From: an uncultured virus (IMG/VR IMGVR_UViG_3300021197_001705)
Lineage: Duplodnaviria; Heunggongvirae; Uroviricota; Caudoviricetes
Length of the DNA stretch: 64,000 nucleotides
Virus record (IMG/VR): IMGVR_UViG_3300021197_001705
Direction: 5' to 3' (one strand)
Position 1 is the first letter of the stretch. Each line of letters opens with the position of its first letter. This document shows positions 1 through 10,337 of this stretch, piece by piece. The translations under genes and the position numbers were made by a program. The notes beneath the pieces are model-generated. The model saw nothing but the letters and a program-made list of their open reading frames with translations. It made no database searches and was not told where the DNA came from.

Positions 1-476
1 TCAGAATCTTCTAAATCTTCGAGGTCCACACTAAACATGGCAGGATCAAACTCGAAAGTCATATTTACGTCCACAGGCTGATCAGGGCTCAAATCAGCAT
101 AGGCTGATGGTGCTTGGTATGGGCTTGGGGCAGCAGCTTCGGCTCCACCGCCAAGGGCTCCCTCTTCCTCTTGTAGGATATCACCTTCGCTTGACTCTTC
201 AAGCTCTGATTCCATGACCAGATGTGTTTTATCTTCGCCCACAAGCGCAATTCCTATTTTGCCATTATCATTTTCAGTTGTAACCCTAGCAAACCTACCC
301 TCATGCCTAACAACATCACCTAGGTTGAAGCTTCTCTGGTCATTTTCCAGAAGTGAATCAACGGCTGCTTTGATTTCGGGGGCATATTTATCAATTATTG
401 ATTGTTCGGCATTTTTGAGGGCCGCTTCTCTAAGCGCTGCGGCATCAACTATCGCTTGTTCTAACATTGAAGACAT
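1..476 (-). CDS. Putative prohead core/scaffolding protein, 5' part only (runs off the left edge; not in ORF track)
   Basis: ATG at 476 with AGGAG upstream; open frame MSSMLEQAIVDAAALREAALKNAEQSIIDKYAPEIKAAVDSLLEND..., helical then very acidic; late-type motif at 510-517; composition and position fit a T4 gp22-like scaffold. Confidence 0.7.
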   Translation of the reverse strand, partial: MSSMLEQAIVDAAALREAALKNAEQSIIDKYAPEIKAAVDSLLENDQRSFNLGDVVRHEGRFARVTTENDNGKIGIALVGEDKTHLVMESELEESSEGDILQEEEGALGGGAEAAAPSPYQAPSAYADLSPDQPVDVNMTFEFDPAMFSVDLEDLEDS

Positions 477-509
477 TAAGTTTTCTCCTAATAATACTAT
501 TATCAAATG

Positions 510-517
510 TAAATAGT
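510..517 (-). promoter_or_regulatory. Putative late promoter motif ACTATTTA
   Basis: Intergenic, 34 nt upstream of ATG 476; the motif recurs in other intergenic gaps. Confidence 0.55.
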
Positions 518-559
518 GTTAATAACAAGAAAAGGACCAGTTTATAACCTACAGGGCTA

Positions 560-3500
560 TTATCCAGCCTGTAAATCTCCACCAATCAAGAACCAAGCGC
601 TTCCATTACTAACAAAAGTTACTATTTCACCCGGCATGATTGTATCGTTATCAACGTTTGTTGTTATTAAAGCGGTACCACCTGTTGCGTGAAAAGTGAC
701 ATTCTCTCCACCCTCGTTTTCAACGATTAGAAGGGCTCCTGCCGTACCTGCTCCTCCAAACCTCATACCGGTCCGGGCAGAGCCGTTAGCGTCTATCTTC
801 ACATATGTAGACGTTATTGGGATTGTCGCGTTTGCATCATTCCCGGTGAAGTTGTGAACACTAGCGGGTGTAAAAACGGTTGTTGACGTCACAGTCACAC
901 TACCGTTAATTGTGGTCATAGAGGTAGATTGCTTTCCGATTTCTACATCAACTTCATCTTCCGCATCACCGTCAACTAAGACAAGTCCAAATTGCATTTC
1001 ACCATCGTGAGTTGCAACACCAAGAGAAAGTTTACCACCTTCTTGACCATTAGTATGGACTGATACAGCAGCCTCCATTTTTGCAAAAAGAACTTGATCT
1101 TGGTTAGCATCATCAGCAATAAACTCAATAACACCAGCAACATCGTTAGCAGCACCAGCAGCACCCTTATCTTTAATAAATTGAAGTCGTGCTCCGTCAG
1201 CATCATTTGTTGTATTTTTAATTTGAAACAAGGGCATTGTAGCCAGAGCAGACGAAAGAGTCAAGGTACCGTCACTTCCATCAGTTAGCTTTACATCTTG
1301 ATCGTTGCCAAACTGAATAGTTCCCCCATCAGCTATGAAAAGATCCGACCAGCCTTTAGCAGCGGAACCCAAAGCGATTCCATCATTGGTAGTTGGGGAA
1401 AACTCATTTGCCTCTAGCGCGATCTCGTCAACATCGGCCACTCTAAAGGTAACCTTGTCGTCTGACGAAAAATCAATTAAATTGTGGGCATCTCTACCAA
1501 CTTTCCTTCCAGCATTAAAGTCAGTTGTAATTGCCGTCTGAGCACCAGCGAGTAGAACTGCTGTACCTTCGACAGCAATAGCACCAGACCCTGTACGAGT
1601 AATGGTTGTGTCACTAGCGTGTCCTAATTCGATACCGGTACCAATTTGAAGACTATTAGCTATAGCGACACCACCAGCAAGCGTGTTGTTGATATCTAAT
1701 AGATTAGTATCTGAACCGGCAACCAGAGTTTTGAAAATAAATCCGCCGTCTTCAGTACCATTTGTAACATCTACAGACAGTGCTTCTATTGTCGAATAGA
1801 ATGTACTGGTATTTCCATCATCGTCACCGATGAATTTCAGAAAACCCAACACATCACCATCGCTAGCATTGCCTCCGTTTTGGTCCATGGCAAAATGAAT
1901 TCCCGGACCAGTAGCAAAGTTGCCCGTGTTCTTTAGGGATAAGGTAGGCTCACCGGCTGTTTCTGTGGCTTGTTGAATTCTTAGTCCAGCGTCTGGCCTG
2001 TGATCTAAAATAATATCACTATCAGCACCAAAGTGAATAACAGCGTCATCAGACTTTAAGAAAAGGTCATCACCAATCTGAAGGTCGGTTGCTATAGCGA
2101 CACCGCCGTCAAGTGTCTTGTTGATATCTAGCAAGTTAGTGTCTGCTCCGGCAACCAAAGTTTTAAAAATTATGCCGCCATCTTCTGTTCCGTTTGTAAT
2201 ATCGACAGACTGTATCTCGATTGTAGCATATTGTGTTCCTGCGTTGTTAGTAGAATCAGATCCAAAAAACTTCATTAAACCCAATATGTCTCCATCGCCC
2301 TCTCCTGAAGAGTTATCCATGGCAAAATGAATTGCCGGACCAGAGGCAAAGTTACCTGTGTTCTTTAGGGATAGTGTGGGCAAACCAGTGGCTTCTGAGG
2401 CTAGTTGAATTCTCAGCCCAGAGTCTGGTCTATGATCTAAAACAACATCGTTGTTCAGGCCAAAGTGAATTGCCGCATCGTCTGATTGTAGATAAACATC
2501 ATCGTTGACCTGAAGGTCGCTCTTAACAATAACACGAGAATTCGAATCTTCATTTATTGTCATCAGGTCTGTGGCACTACCAGCAACCGTGGCATTAAAG
2601 GTTAGTGACCCGTCTTCTGTTCCATTTGTAACATCTTCGGAGATTGCTGTGATTTTAGCAAACGCTGTGTTGCTAGCGCCATCGTCTTCACCAAAAAATG
2701 TAATCTGGCCGAGTACTTCTCCGTCTTCAGCGTTAGCAGCATCTTTTAAAAACTGCAATTCCCCGGAAGAGGTTTTAGTTGTATGGGTAGTTTTAAGAGT
2801 CAAGACTGGCTTGCCATCGGCACTATCAGCAACTGTAAGTGCTGGGCCGTCAATAGTGACAGCGGTTGATGCGTTTATATCAACAGTAGGCGCAGTTATA
2901 TCCAGAGTAGTACCAGCATTGACTTCTAAGTGTCCGTTAGCAGAAGCAAAGATTTCCTCTCCTCCACCAACATCATGAAACTTCAGCTTGGTTGTTAATA
3001 ACAAAGCTAGCTCGTCTTCAGAAGCATCATAAAGTACACCTTCGTTATTAGTAGCGCTGAATATCCTAACATCAGAACCTACATCGTTAACACCAACCGT
3101 CACAGCGCCACTAACGTTTAAAGCGCCACCAAATACAGTGTCTCCAACCGACTGTAGCGTACTAGACCCGGACAAAGCTCCTGTCAAAGTTACTCCACCA
3201 GCAGTAATAGACCCTGTGGATTCAATTGTAGAGCCGAATGTTGCAGCCCCTACTGTATGAAACGTGCTAGATCCAGAAAAAGTTGTCCCGATAATCCCAC
3301 CAGCAAATGTAACATTATCATTAGTGTCGAGTGTCATTGTGGCACCACCGTCAGATGCTTGAATCACATTTCCGCCAACTTTCAATTTACCAGCCAAAGC
3401 TGTTACTGAATTTCCGACAGTACTGTTGGGAGTTATAGTCACATGAGCGACAGAAGAACCAGCAGATGCGATATCGTTTCCAATTGTAAAAGTCTGGTCA

Positions 3501-3934
3501 GCATTTGCAACGACCGTCCAATCATCCCCTGCGTCATCGCTTTGATCCGCTTTTAATAATATTGTAGCTGCTCCGCCTTCTGCTCCTTCAACTGTAACAT
3601 TGCCGGAGACATGAAGCTTTGTTGCTGGGTGCTGTGCCCCAATACCTATTCGGTTATTGGCGGAATCTATTACCAACGTATTGGAATCAAAATTTAAACC
3701 ATTGGCAACTGATGCTGTTGCTGCATTAAACGTCAGAGTGTCTGATGCGGCATCTCCAAAAGTCATTGTATTTGCTGTGACTTTAAAATCTAATACATTG
3801 GCATCAAAAGTACCAGTAACAGTTAAGTCACCTGTTATTATGGCTGAGCCAGAGACTACCAAGCCTTGCGAGCCAGAAACCGTTACAGTATTTCCTGTTG
3901 CTGGACTAATATTGTTTACGTATAAGTTACTCAT
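560..3934 (-). CDS. Long fibre/decoration structural protein with internal ~145-aa repeats
   Basis: 1124 aa, G/S/T/D/A-rich beta-strand repeats; repeated DDxxLxSDDAxIHFG...VDxTNGTEDG modules; AAGGA RBS. Confidence 0.75.
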   Translation of the reverse strand: MSNLYVNNISPATGNTVTVSGSQGLVVSGSAIITGDLTVTGTFDANVLDFKVTANTMTFGDAASDTLTFNAATASVANGLNFDSNTLVIDSANNRIGIGAQHPATKLHVSGNVTVEGAEGGAATILLKADQSDDAGDDWTVVANADQTFTIGNDIASAGSSVAHVTITPNSTVGNSVTALAGKLKVGGNVIQASDGGATMTLDTNDNVTFAGGIIGTTFSGSSTFHTVGAATFGSTIESTGSITAGGVTLTGALSGSSTLQSVGDTVFGGALNVSGAVTVGVNDVGSDVRIFSATNNEGVLYDASEDELALLLTTKLKFHDVGGGEEIFASANGHLEVNAGTTLDITAPTVDINASTAVTIDGPALTVADSADGKPVLTLKTTHTTKTSSGELQFLKDAANAEDGEVLGQITFFGEDDGASNTAFAKITAISEDVTNGTEDGSLTFNATVAGSATDLMTINEDSNSRVIVKSDLQVNDDVYLQSDDAAIHFGLNNDVVLDHRPDSGLRIQLASEATGLPTLSLKNTGNFASGPAIHFAMDNSSGEGDGDILGLMKFFGSDSTNNAGTQYATIEIQSVDITNGTEDGGIIFKTLVAGADTNLLDINKTLDGGVAIATDLQIGDDLFLKSDDAVIHFGADSDIILDHRPDAGLRIQQATETAGEPTLSLKNTGNFATGPGIHFAMDQNGGNASDGDVLGFLKFIGDDDGNTSTFYSTIEALSVDVTNGTEDGGFIFKTLVAGSDTNLLDINNTLAGGVAIANSLQIGTGIELGHASDTTITRTGSGAIAVEGTAVLLAGAQTAITTDFNAGRKVGRDAHNLIDFSSDDKVTFRVADVDEIALEANEFSPTTNDGIALGSAAKGWSDLFIADGGTIQFGNDQDVKLTDGSDGTLTLSSALATMPLFQIKNTTNDADGARLQFIKDKGAAGAANDVAGVIEFIADDANQDQVLFAKMEAAVSVHTNGQEGGKLSLGVATHDGEMQFGLVLVDGDAEDEVDVEIGKQSTSMTTINGSVTVTSTTVFTPASVHNFTGNDANATIPITSTYVKIDANGSARTGMRFGGAGTAGALLIVENEGGENVTFHATGGTALITTNVDNDTIMPGEIVTFVSNGSAWFLIGGDLQAG

Positions 3935-3974
3935 ATGTTTTCTTTTCCTTTAATTTGTTGCTGTTAACTACAGA

Positions 3975-3982
3975 TAAATAGT
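3975..3982 (-). promoter_or_regulatory. Putative late promoter motif ACTATTTA
   Basis: Intergenic, 41 nt upstream of ATG 3934. Confidence 0.55.
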
Positions 3983-4017
3983 CTTTTTGTTTTATTATGG
4001 ATTATAATTTTATAAAT

Positions 4018-5472
4018 TTACACATCATCAAAATCTTTTATTTTTACCTTTGCTGTAGGTGCGATGGTGAAACTACCATTGGCGCTTACTGTTATTGGTC
4101 CATATAAAATAGAATTGTTATTAGCAGGAACAGTTAATACATTAGAAATAATTGTGTTATTACTTAAAACCATCCCAGATATTGAGTTATGTACAAGTAA
4201 GGAGCCGGATGTTTCAATTGATCCCGCTTGTAACGTCGAAGAAGCAGAAATAGTTGTAGCTGTTATCGCTTCCCCGGATACAGAAAGCGTTCCGTTCGTT
4301 GCTGTTAGACCTGCGCCTGCCATGTTGCTAACTACATCTGCCCATTGTTCTCTTTTGGTGGTACTATCAGAATTTTTCAAAAATGTGATATGGTCATTAG
4401 CCAATGTCATGTTGGCGTCAGTCAATTCACTAAGATCTAGAGCAATACCGCCAACAGCGTCAACAGACCCACTATAAGACAACCCAATGCCTGCAAAGGA
4501 ACCGGATATACCAAGCTTGTCTGAAGCAATTTTGAGCGCTCCGGACACATTAATGTCAAAATCCCCACCTGTACCATTAAGTCCGTCACCGGCCATAGCG
4601 GCTGCAAAATTAGCGAATGTTACCTTTTTGGTGATAGAATCATCCGCGTCTAAAAAATAAACAGAATCCGCCCCTATGGCAGGAGAAGCAGTCGCAACAC
4701 CATCTAGGCGAACTGTGCCTCCGATTTGAAGGTTCGTCGAGGCCGATAGGGCGCCAGTGATTGCTAAAGAGTTTCCTCCAAAGAAATTTAAATTTCCTGC
4801 TCCTGCTATTTCTGTTCCCCCTGCTCCTATCAACACTTTGCTAGCACCCTGAGTTCCATAAGCAGTAACAGCAGCGTTATTAGACAGTATGTTGGTAATA
4901 GTAGCATACTTGACGCCACTCTCATCAATCCAGACTTTAGAAGATCCGCCCGGTGAATTTTGGGCTGTGACTCCCGAAGTTGATAGAGTCAAGCCACTAG
5001 AGTCAGCAAGACCACCGCCACTAGCTAGGCCCACTGCGCTTCCGGGAACACTAGAAAGTCCTGTCCCTGCTCCATAAAATGCTGAACCTGATATATTACC
5101 AGAACCAGAAATAGAACTACCTTTAAAGTCTAGCGTGGAACCATCGAATGTCAAGTTGGATTCGACCGTTGCTTCATCTGCATCTTTAAATGTTAACACG
5201 CCATTTGCTGTAGAGCCATCAAAACTAATATTACCGACATTATCAAGAGTGCTACCATCTCCGTAAAAGAAAGAAGCTGATATATTGACAGAGGCACTGA
5301 CATTTCCCAATACTGTTAAATCATTGGCAATTCTACCAACTGATGCGGATAACGAAAGAAAGTCTTTACTACCAGTTATTGATTGGCCACTGTGGGTGTC
5401 GACCATGTTTTCTATACTACCAGACGTGTCTCCTTGGAAATTGACGTTTTTATTAAGAATATTATATGACAT
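4018..5472 (-). CDS. Fibre/decoration structural protein
   Basis: 484 aa, ISGS/ISAS repeats and Gly-rich beta strands; member of the fibre cluster. Confidence 0.7.
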   Translation of the reverse strand: MSYNILNKNVNFQGDTSGSIENMVDTHSGQSITGSKDFLSLSASVGRIANDLTVLGNVSASVNISASFFYGDGSTLDNVGNISFDGSTANGVLTFKDADEATVESNLTFDGSTLDFKGSSISGSGNISGSAFYGAGTGLSSVPGSAVGLASGGGLADSSGLTLSTSGVTAQNSPGGSSKVWIDESGVKYATITNILSNNAAVTAYGTQGASKVLIGAGGTEIAGAGNLNFFGGNSLAITGALSASTNLQIGGTVRLDGVATASPAIGADSVYFLDADDSITKKVTFANFAAAMAGDGLNGTGGDFDINVSGALKIASDKLGISGSFAGIGLSYSGSVDAVGGIALDLSELTDANMTLANDHITFLKNSDSTTKREQWADVVSNMAGAGLTATNGTLSVSGEAITATTISASSTLQAGSIETSGSLLVHNSISGMVLSNNTIISNVLTVPANNNSILYGPITVSANGSFTIAPTAKVKIKDFDDV

Positions 5473-5495
5473 TTAGAATCCTCTTCTTTTGTACA

Positions 5496-5503
5496 TAAGT
5501 AGA
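5496..5503 (-). promoter_or_regulatory. Putative late promoter variant TCTACTTA
   Basis: Between a terminator and the RBS of the gene starting at 5472; one mismatch to CTATTTA. Confidence 0.45.
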
Positions 5504-5513
5504 TTTCAAAACG

Positions 5514-5545
5514 AAAAAGGGCGGGAACCCAAAAGGGAACCCGCC
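5514..5545 (-). terminator. Intrinsic terminator
   Basis: GGCGGG...CCCGCC stem followed by a T-run on the minus strand, downstream of 5576-7048. Confidence 0.75.
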
Positions 5546-5575
5546 ACAAATACATATATGTAAACTATTTTGTGA

Positions 5576-7048
5576 CTAGAATACTTTCCATGTGTTTGTA
5601 GTAACATATACCAACATAACAGCAGCATTTGGAGATTCAAGAATAATCGAGGTTAAACCATCGATTGTATGAGACCCCTGCTTGTTTATTGTCAGTGTGC
5701 TAGAAGAAGAGCAGTTGTTTGGAGCCTTAACATAAACAGCATCGCCAACGTCAGGAGACGCTGGAAGATTTGCCGCTTCATTTCCGTCAAGATCTGCAAA
5801 ATAATTGATACCGTTAACAAGGGTGTTGCCATTATCTTTAAGAGCCACGTTCATGCTGTTGTCAGCAAGAAACGTTTTAATATCAGAAGCAGGAATTTTC
5901 TTCATTACTCCACCATCATCAACAATAATACCGTCAGAATCTGCCAACGCAATTGAAGAACCAACAGCGGTTCCCCCATCAAGAAGATTAAATTCAGCAG
6001 CAGTAGCAGAAACCAAAGTTCCCCCTAAGCGTAGACCATCAGAAGAGCCATTATGACCTTGTATGTTTAAGCCGTTTGCAACATGAACACCACCAGCAAG
6101 GTTTTTATTAATGTCTAGCAAGGTAGTATTTGATCCCCCAACTAAAGTTTTAAAAACTATACCACCGTCTTCTGTCCCGTTTGTAACATCCACAGATTCG
6201 GCCTCGATTGTAGAGTATGCTATCATCGAGTTGCCTGAATCAGCCCCGAAGAACTTCATGAAACCCAATACATCTCCATCACCCTCTCCTGAAGAGTTAT
6301 CCATCGCGAAATGAATCCCCGGACCAGTTGTAAAATCACCTGTATTTAACAAAGATAGTACAGGTTCCCCGGCAGTATTTGAGTTTTGCTGTATTCTCAA
6401 TCCAGCATCTGGTCTATGATCCAGAGTGATATCACTGTGTAGTCCAAAATGAATAACAGCATCATCAGACTTTAAGTAAAGGTCGTCTCCAACCTGAAGA
6501 TCATTTGCAACAGAAACACCACCAGCAATAGTGCTGTTGATATCCATTAAGGTAGAGTCTACACTTCCGGCATTAATTGCTTTGAAAAAGAAAGCTCCAT
6601 CCTCAGTCCCGTTTGTGACATCAACAGATTGAACTTCAAGTCTAGCATACTTTACTTGTGCATCAGATGAATCATCACCAAAGAAGTTAATAAACCCCAT
6701 AATGTCTCCATCACTTTCACCAGCGCCATTATCAATAACAAGGTTAAGACCCGGCCCTGAACCAAAATCACCTCTGTTTACCAAAGATAATACAGGTTGC
6801 CCGCTAGTTTCAGAACCACCTTCGATTCTAAAGCCACCGCCTGTTTGTGTGATCCAAGTATCTTGTTCATTGCCAAACAAAATCCGTCCCCCATCGGCAA
6901 GATATAAATCTGCCCATTCTTTTGTAGCACTACCAAGAGCAGCCCCATCAGCATTTAGAGGTGTGATCCCCCCAGATGACTGGATCGACCCCTCCTGTAT
7001 AAGGGAACCACTCAAGCGAGCATCCCCTAATTGAAATTTATAAGCCAT
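5576..7048 (-). CDS. Fibre/decoration structural protein (paralog of 7169-9025; shares modules with 560-3934)
   Basis: MAYKFQLG N-terminus; two TNGTEDG modules; C-terminal LPASPxxG...IDG...ILESP...W domain. Confidence 0.75.
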   Translation of the reverse strand: MAYKFQLGDARLSGSLIQEGSIQSSGGITPLNADGAALGSATKEWADLYLADGGRILFGNEQDTWITQTGGGFRIEGGSETSGQPVLSLVNRGDFGSGPGLNLVIDNGAGESDGDIMGFINFFGDDSSDAQVKYARLEVQSVDVTNGTEDGAFFFKAINAGSVDSTLMDINSTIAGGVSVANDLQVGDDLYLKSDDAVIHFGLHSDITLDHRPDAGLRIQQNSNTAGEPVLSLLNTGDFTTGPGIHFAMDNSSGEGDGDVLGFMKFFGADSGNSMIAYSTIEAESVDVTNGTEDGGIVFKTLVGGSNTTLLDINKNLAGGVHVANGLNIQGHNGSSDGLRLGGTLVSATAAEFNLLDGGTAVGSSIALADSDGIIVDDGGVMKKIPASDIKTFLADNSMNVALKDNGNTLVNGINYFADLDGNEAANLPASPDVGDAVYVKAPNNCSSSSTLTINKQGSHTIDGLTSIILESPNAAVMLVYVTTNTWKVF

Positions 7049-7089
7049 TTAATTTGTCCTCCTATAAAAATTAAAAAAGCATTTATTTT

Positions 7090-7126
7090 AAAAAAAAAGG
7101 CAAGCCCCCAACGACAGGGGCTCACC
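7090..7126 (-). terminator. Intrinsic terminator
   Basis: AGCCCC...GGGGCT stem followed by T9 on the minus strand, downstream of 7169-9025. Confidence 0.75.
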
Positions 7127-7168
7127 AAATATTATTAGAAAATAACTATATCGCAACCAAGGTTGGGA

Positions 7169-9025
7169 TTAGTATACTCTCCAAAGATTGTTAGCTACGT
7201 ACATAAGGTTAACAGCAGCAAATGGTGATTCAAGAGTAATAAAATCAACACCATCAACTGTTTGAGAACCAGCTTTCAGAATCTTAATACCGTCAGCGTG
7301 AACAGCAGCAGGCGCCTTAACATGAACAACTTGTCCAAGCTCTGGAGAAGCTGGAAGAGTCCAAGTACGAAGAGCAGTAGTATCAGCATTACCGTAGTTG
7401 AAACCAACTACTAAAGTTCTATCTGCATCTCCATGCGCTGTGATAGCTTGTGCAACAGCACCTTCAAGATCACCGATGAATTTGTTAGCTCTGATATTAG
7501 CGAATGATGCACCTTTTTTAATTTGCATTTGGTCACCAGCATGGTTCCAAGCAAAAGTCACATCATCAGATCCCATCTCGATTGTCATACCAGCACCATC
7601 AGCAGCAGCAGAGTTAGCAGCGCCTTTGGCAACCTTAATATTCAAATCTTCTACTTCAAGAGTACTAGTGTTAAGAATAGTGTTGGTTCCGTTAACAGTC
7701 AAGTCACCACTAACAATTAAGTCACCAGAAAAAGTTCTGTTACCAGAGATAGTAGACTTAAGATCAAGACCATCGCTATCAATCTCAAGAGCACCAGCAG
7801 ATCCTAAACGAAGATCAGCAGAAATCTGACCGCCAGAATAACTCATATCCATTGAGTTAGTATCAGCAATACTAAGATGCGCTCTTAGTTCAGCAACACT
7901 CATTTGAGTGAAGGTATAAGCACCATCGTTATAAGCGATAGAACCTTCAGCTTTGCCACCAGTAGTAGCAGCACTGAATTTGCTCTTTGCATAAGTTGAA
8001 ACACGAGCCATAGTAGCCTTTCTGTTTGTTCCGCCTGCACCATCGTCAACGATGAACAAGTCAGCGTCTACAAGAGCAGCACCGATATCAGTTCCGCCGT
8101 CCAAATCAAGAGCAGCAAGATCAACCTTATTAGCACTTGAAATTTTCAAGAATTTGCTATCAGCAATAGAACCAGAAAGCATAGCGTTGGTAATACCAGC
8201 AGCTTTTACTCTAAGAGCATCAGAGTTGATTTCGATTGATGAAGCGTCAACTCCAACAGCAAGAACACCAGCAGAAGCAGCAATACCATCACCAGCGATA
8301 GCGGCAGCATAATCAGCCATAGATTCTTTTCTAACTGCGGTCGCGTCAGCATCCCAGAAAGCAAAAGAGTCGCTAGCAACAGCAACATCAGCACCAGTCA
8401 ATCCGCCAAAATCAAGCTTTACATCGTTTGCTTGTACGTCAAGACCGCCATTAGCAGCAGCAACAACAGCAAGAACACCAGCATTGTGAGTCATACCAGC
8501 ACCAGCAACTGCGGCTTCAAGACGAATACCAGTACCGCCATTGAATTCAAGACCACCGTTACCATCAAGAACAACTTGAAGATCAGAAACAGCAGCAGAA
8601 CCGTTAAAGGCACTCATAGAAAGACCTTTGTTGCTAGCAACATTAAGAGCATCAAGGTTTGCACCAAGAGCTTTACCAGAAATTGTAGAGTTAGAAAGCT
8701 TTCCGTTAGCGATAGAACCAGCCAACATAGCATTGGTGACACCAGCCGCTTTAATACGAATAGCAGATGCAGCAGATCCATTGAATGCAGAACCAGCGCT
8801 GAATTCGATAGAAGAGTCATCAACGGAAAGAGCATCAAGGGCTGTACCAAGAGCTTTTCCAGAAATTGTAGTAGCAGCTAACTTAGCGATTGGGATTTCA
8901 CCCGCATCGATTTGAGCTACAACGTTAGCAGCGGTCGCATCATCGACGTCAGTTCCGACGATACCATCCTCTGCTTTGAATGAACCAGATGCAATCATTG
9001 CACCTAATTGAAATTTATAAGCCAT
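7169..9025 (-). CDS. Fibre/decoration structural protein, probably abundant
   Basis: 618 aa Ala/Gly-rich; VTNAMLAGSIANxKL repeats typical of phage fibres; GGAGG RBS; own promoter motif and terminator. Confidence 0.75.
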   Translation of the reverse strand: MAYKFQLGAMIASGSFKAEDGIVGTDVDDATAANVVAQIDAGEIPIAKLAATTISGKALGTALDALSVDDSSIEFSAGSAFNGSAASAIRIKAAGVTNAMLAGSIANGKLSNSTISGKALGANLDALNVASNKGLSMSAFNGSAAVSDLQVVLDGNGGLEFNGGTGIRLEAAVAGAGMTHNAGVLAVVAAANGGLDVQANDVKLDFGGLTGADVAVASDSFAFWDADATAVRKESMADYAAAIAGDGIAASAGVLAVGVDASSIEINSDALRVKAAGITNAMLSGSIADSKFLKISSANKVDLAALDLDGGTDIGAALVDADLFIVDDGAGGTNRKATMARVSTYAKSKFSAATTGGKAEGSIAYNDGAYTFTQMSVAELRAHLSIADTNSMDMSYSGGQISADLRLGSAGALEIDSDGLDLKSTISGNRTFSGDLIVSGDLTVNGTNTILNTSTLEVEDLNIKVAKGAANSAAADGAGMTIEMGSDDVTFAWNHAGDQMQIKKGASFANIRANKFIGDLEGAVAQAITAHGDADRTLVVGFNYGNADTTALRTWTLPASPELGQVVHVKAPAAVHADGIKILKAGSQTVDGVDFITLESPFAAVNLMYVANNLWRVY

Positions 9026-9048
9026 ATTTTATTCCTCCAATATAGACT

Positions 9049-9079
9049 GGGAGCCCGCAGGCCCCCGTTTATAAATAGA
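9049..9079 (-). promoter_or_regulatory. Late promoter motif TCTATTTATA plus 5'-UTR hairpin
   Basis: Motif at 9070-9079 followed by GGGGGCC-TGCG-GGCTCCC hairpin (9049-9066) with no U-tract, then GGAGG RBS. Confidence 0.55.
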
Positions 9080-9097
9080 TAGAAAAGATCTAATCGA

Positions 9098-10324
9098 TCA
9101 ATATATGAAGTACTTATTATCTCCATTTGTGTAGATATTAACTGACGAATATGGACTTTCTAGTGTGATAATCCCGTTTCCATCAATTTGGTCACCATTT
9201 GACGCACTTATTACAATATTGTGGGTGTGACAATTTCCACCCTCATCCTTAAAAATAAATGTTTGACCGGCTATACAAGCAGTAGCATCTGGTAAAGTCA
9301 ACTTAACTGAAGCTGTTAAAGTATTGCTCTGCACTCCTATCATATAATCCGTTTTTAGAACTTGATAATCCCAAGAAACAACGTTTCGTTTATAAGCCAC
9401 ACCACCATGAAACTGCATTTGGAATGCTTTCATTTGAAATATTCTGTTGGGGTCCATCACGATCCCACGATCAAGCAGGTGCATATGTCCGATGTGGAAG
9501 CCCTTTGTGGCACTCCCAGAGCCAAACTTTAAACTTCCGTCTGCAACACTGAGTGCCTCTCCACCAAAATAAACAGTGCTGCTTGATACATAAAGTGATC
9601 TCCATTGTTTAGTTGGGGAACCTAAATCATACAGGCTAGAGGTTGAAGGCAAAAGGTGCCCAGTCAACGTCAGTCCTTCACCAGAGCTACCACTGCCGAA
9701 TATTTCTGTTCTTTTATTGATAACAATGGAATGGTGCGAGGTTGTCTCGTCAGTACTAATGCTACAATTGGCACCCAAGTGCATTGATCCTGAGCCGAGA
9801 TATAATTGATTCCACCTTTGTGTCGGAGAGCCCAAATTATAAATAGCAGAACCAGACGGATAAATCGATCCAGTTACTGCTATTGAACCAGTGACCGTTA
9901 ACTCCGAACCGATCAACTTTACAGCAGAAGATCCACTGATTTCCCCTCCACCAGTATGGAACTGCAAAGAGTTGACAGGGCCTGCACCGGCAGCAGATGA
10001 TGTTATCACCATATTACCACTACCGTCTATACCCAAAAAGCTTCCAATACCAGCGAGGGTACCAGAAATAGGATTAGATAGTTTTATCCCAGATGAAGAA
10101 GTCAGAGCAGGAACAGTTAGGGCGCCATTCTGGAAGTTGAAACCACTATTTGAATCTAAGGCATAGTCGCCTTCATGTGTTTTGTAGAATGGAATTAAAG
10201 CTACTGCTTCATTAAAAAGCTCGAACTGCTTTACATTTTCAAGGCCCGCCCCATCTCCAATAAAAGACCCACTAGATATTACACTGGTTGACGAGACACT
10301 TCCGCTTAAGACATTGTAACCCAT
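9098..10324 (-). CDS. Fibre/decoration structural protein
   Basis: Two LGSPTxxW repeats; C-terminal LPxA...IFKDEGG...IDG...LESPY domain. Confidence 0.7.
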   Translation of the reverse strand: MGYNVLSGSVSSTSVISSGSFIGDGAGLENVKQFELFNEAVALIPFYKTHEGDYALDSNSGFNFQNGALTVPALTSSSGIKLSNPISGTLAGIGSFLGIDGSGNMVITSSAAGAGPVNSLQFHTGGGEISGSSAVKLIGSELTVTGSIAVTGSIYPSGSAIYNLGSPTQRWNQLYLGSGSMHLGANCSISTDETTSHHSIVINKRTEIFGSGSSGEGLTLTGHLLPSTSSLYDLGSPTKQWRSLYVSSSTVYFGGEALSVADGSLKFGSGSATKGFHIGHMHLLDRGIVMDPNRIFQMKAFQMQFHGGVAYKRNVVSWDYQVLKTDYMIGVQSNTLTASVKLTLPDATACIAGQTFIFKDEGGNCHTHNIVISASNGDQIDGNGIITLESPYSSVNIYTNGDNKYFIY

Positions 10325-10337
10325 TCATGAAGCCTCC

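Noticed and set aside
1650..6790. Repeated fibre modules as a DGR template/variable pair
   Set aside because: All copies are coding and diverge at all bases rather than adenines only; no reverse transcriptase in the window
9049..9066. Hairpin as a terminator
   Set aside because: No U-tract; it sits between the promoter motif and RBS, so a 5' stabilising stem is more likely
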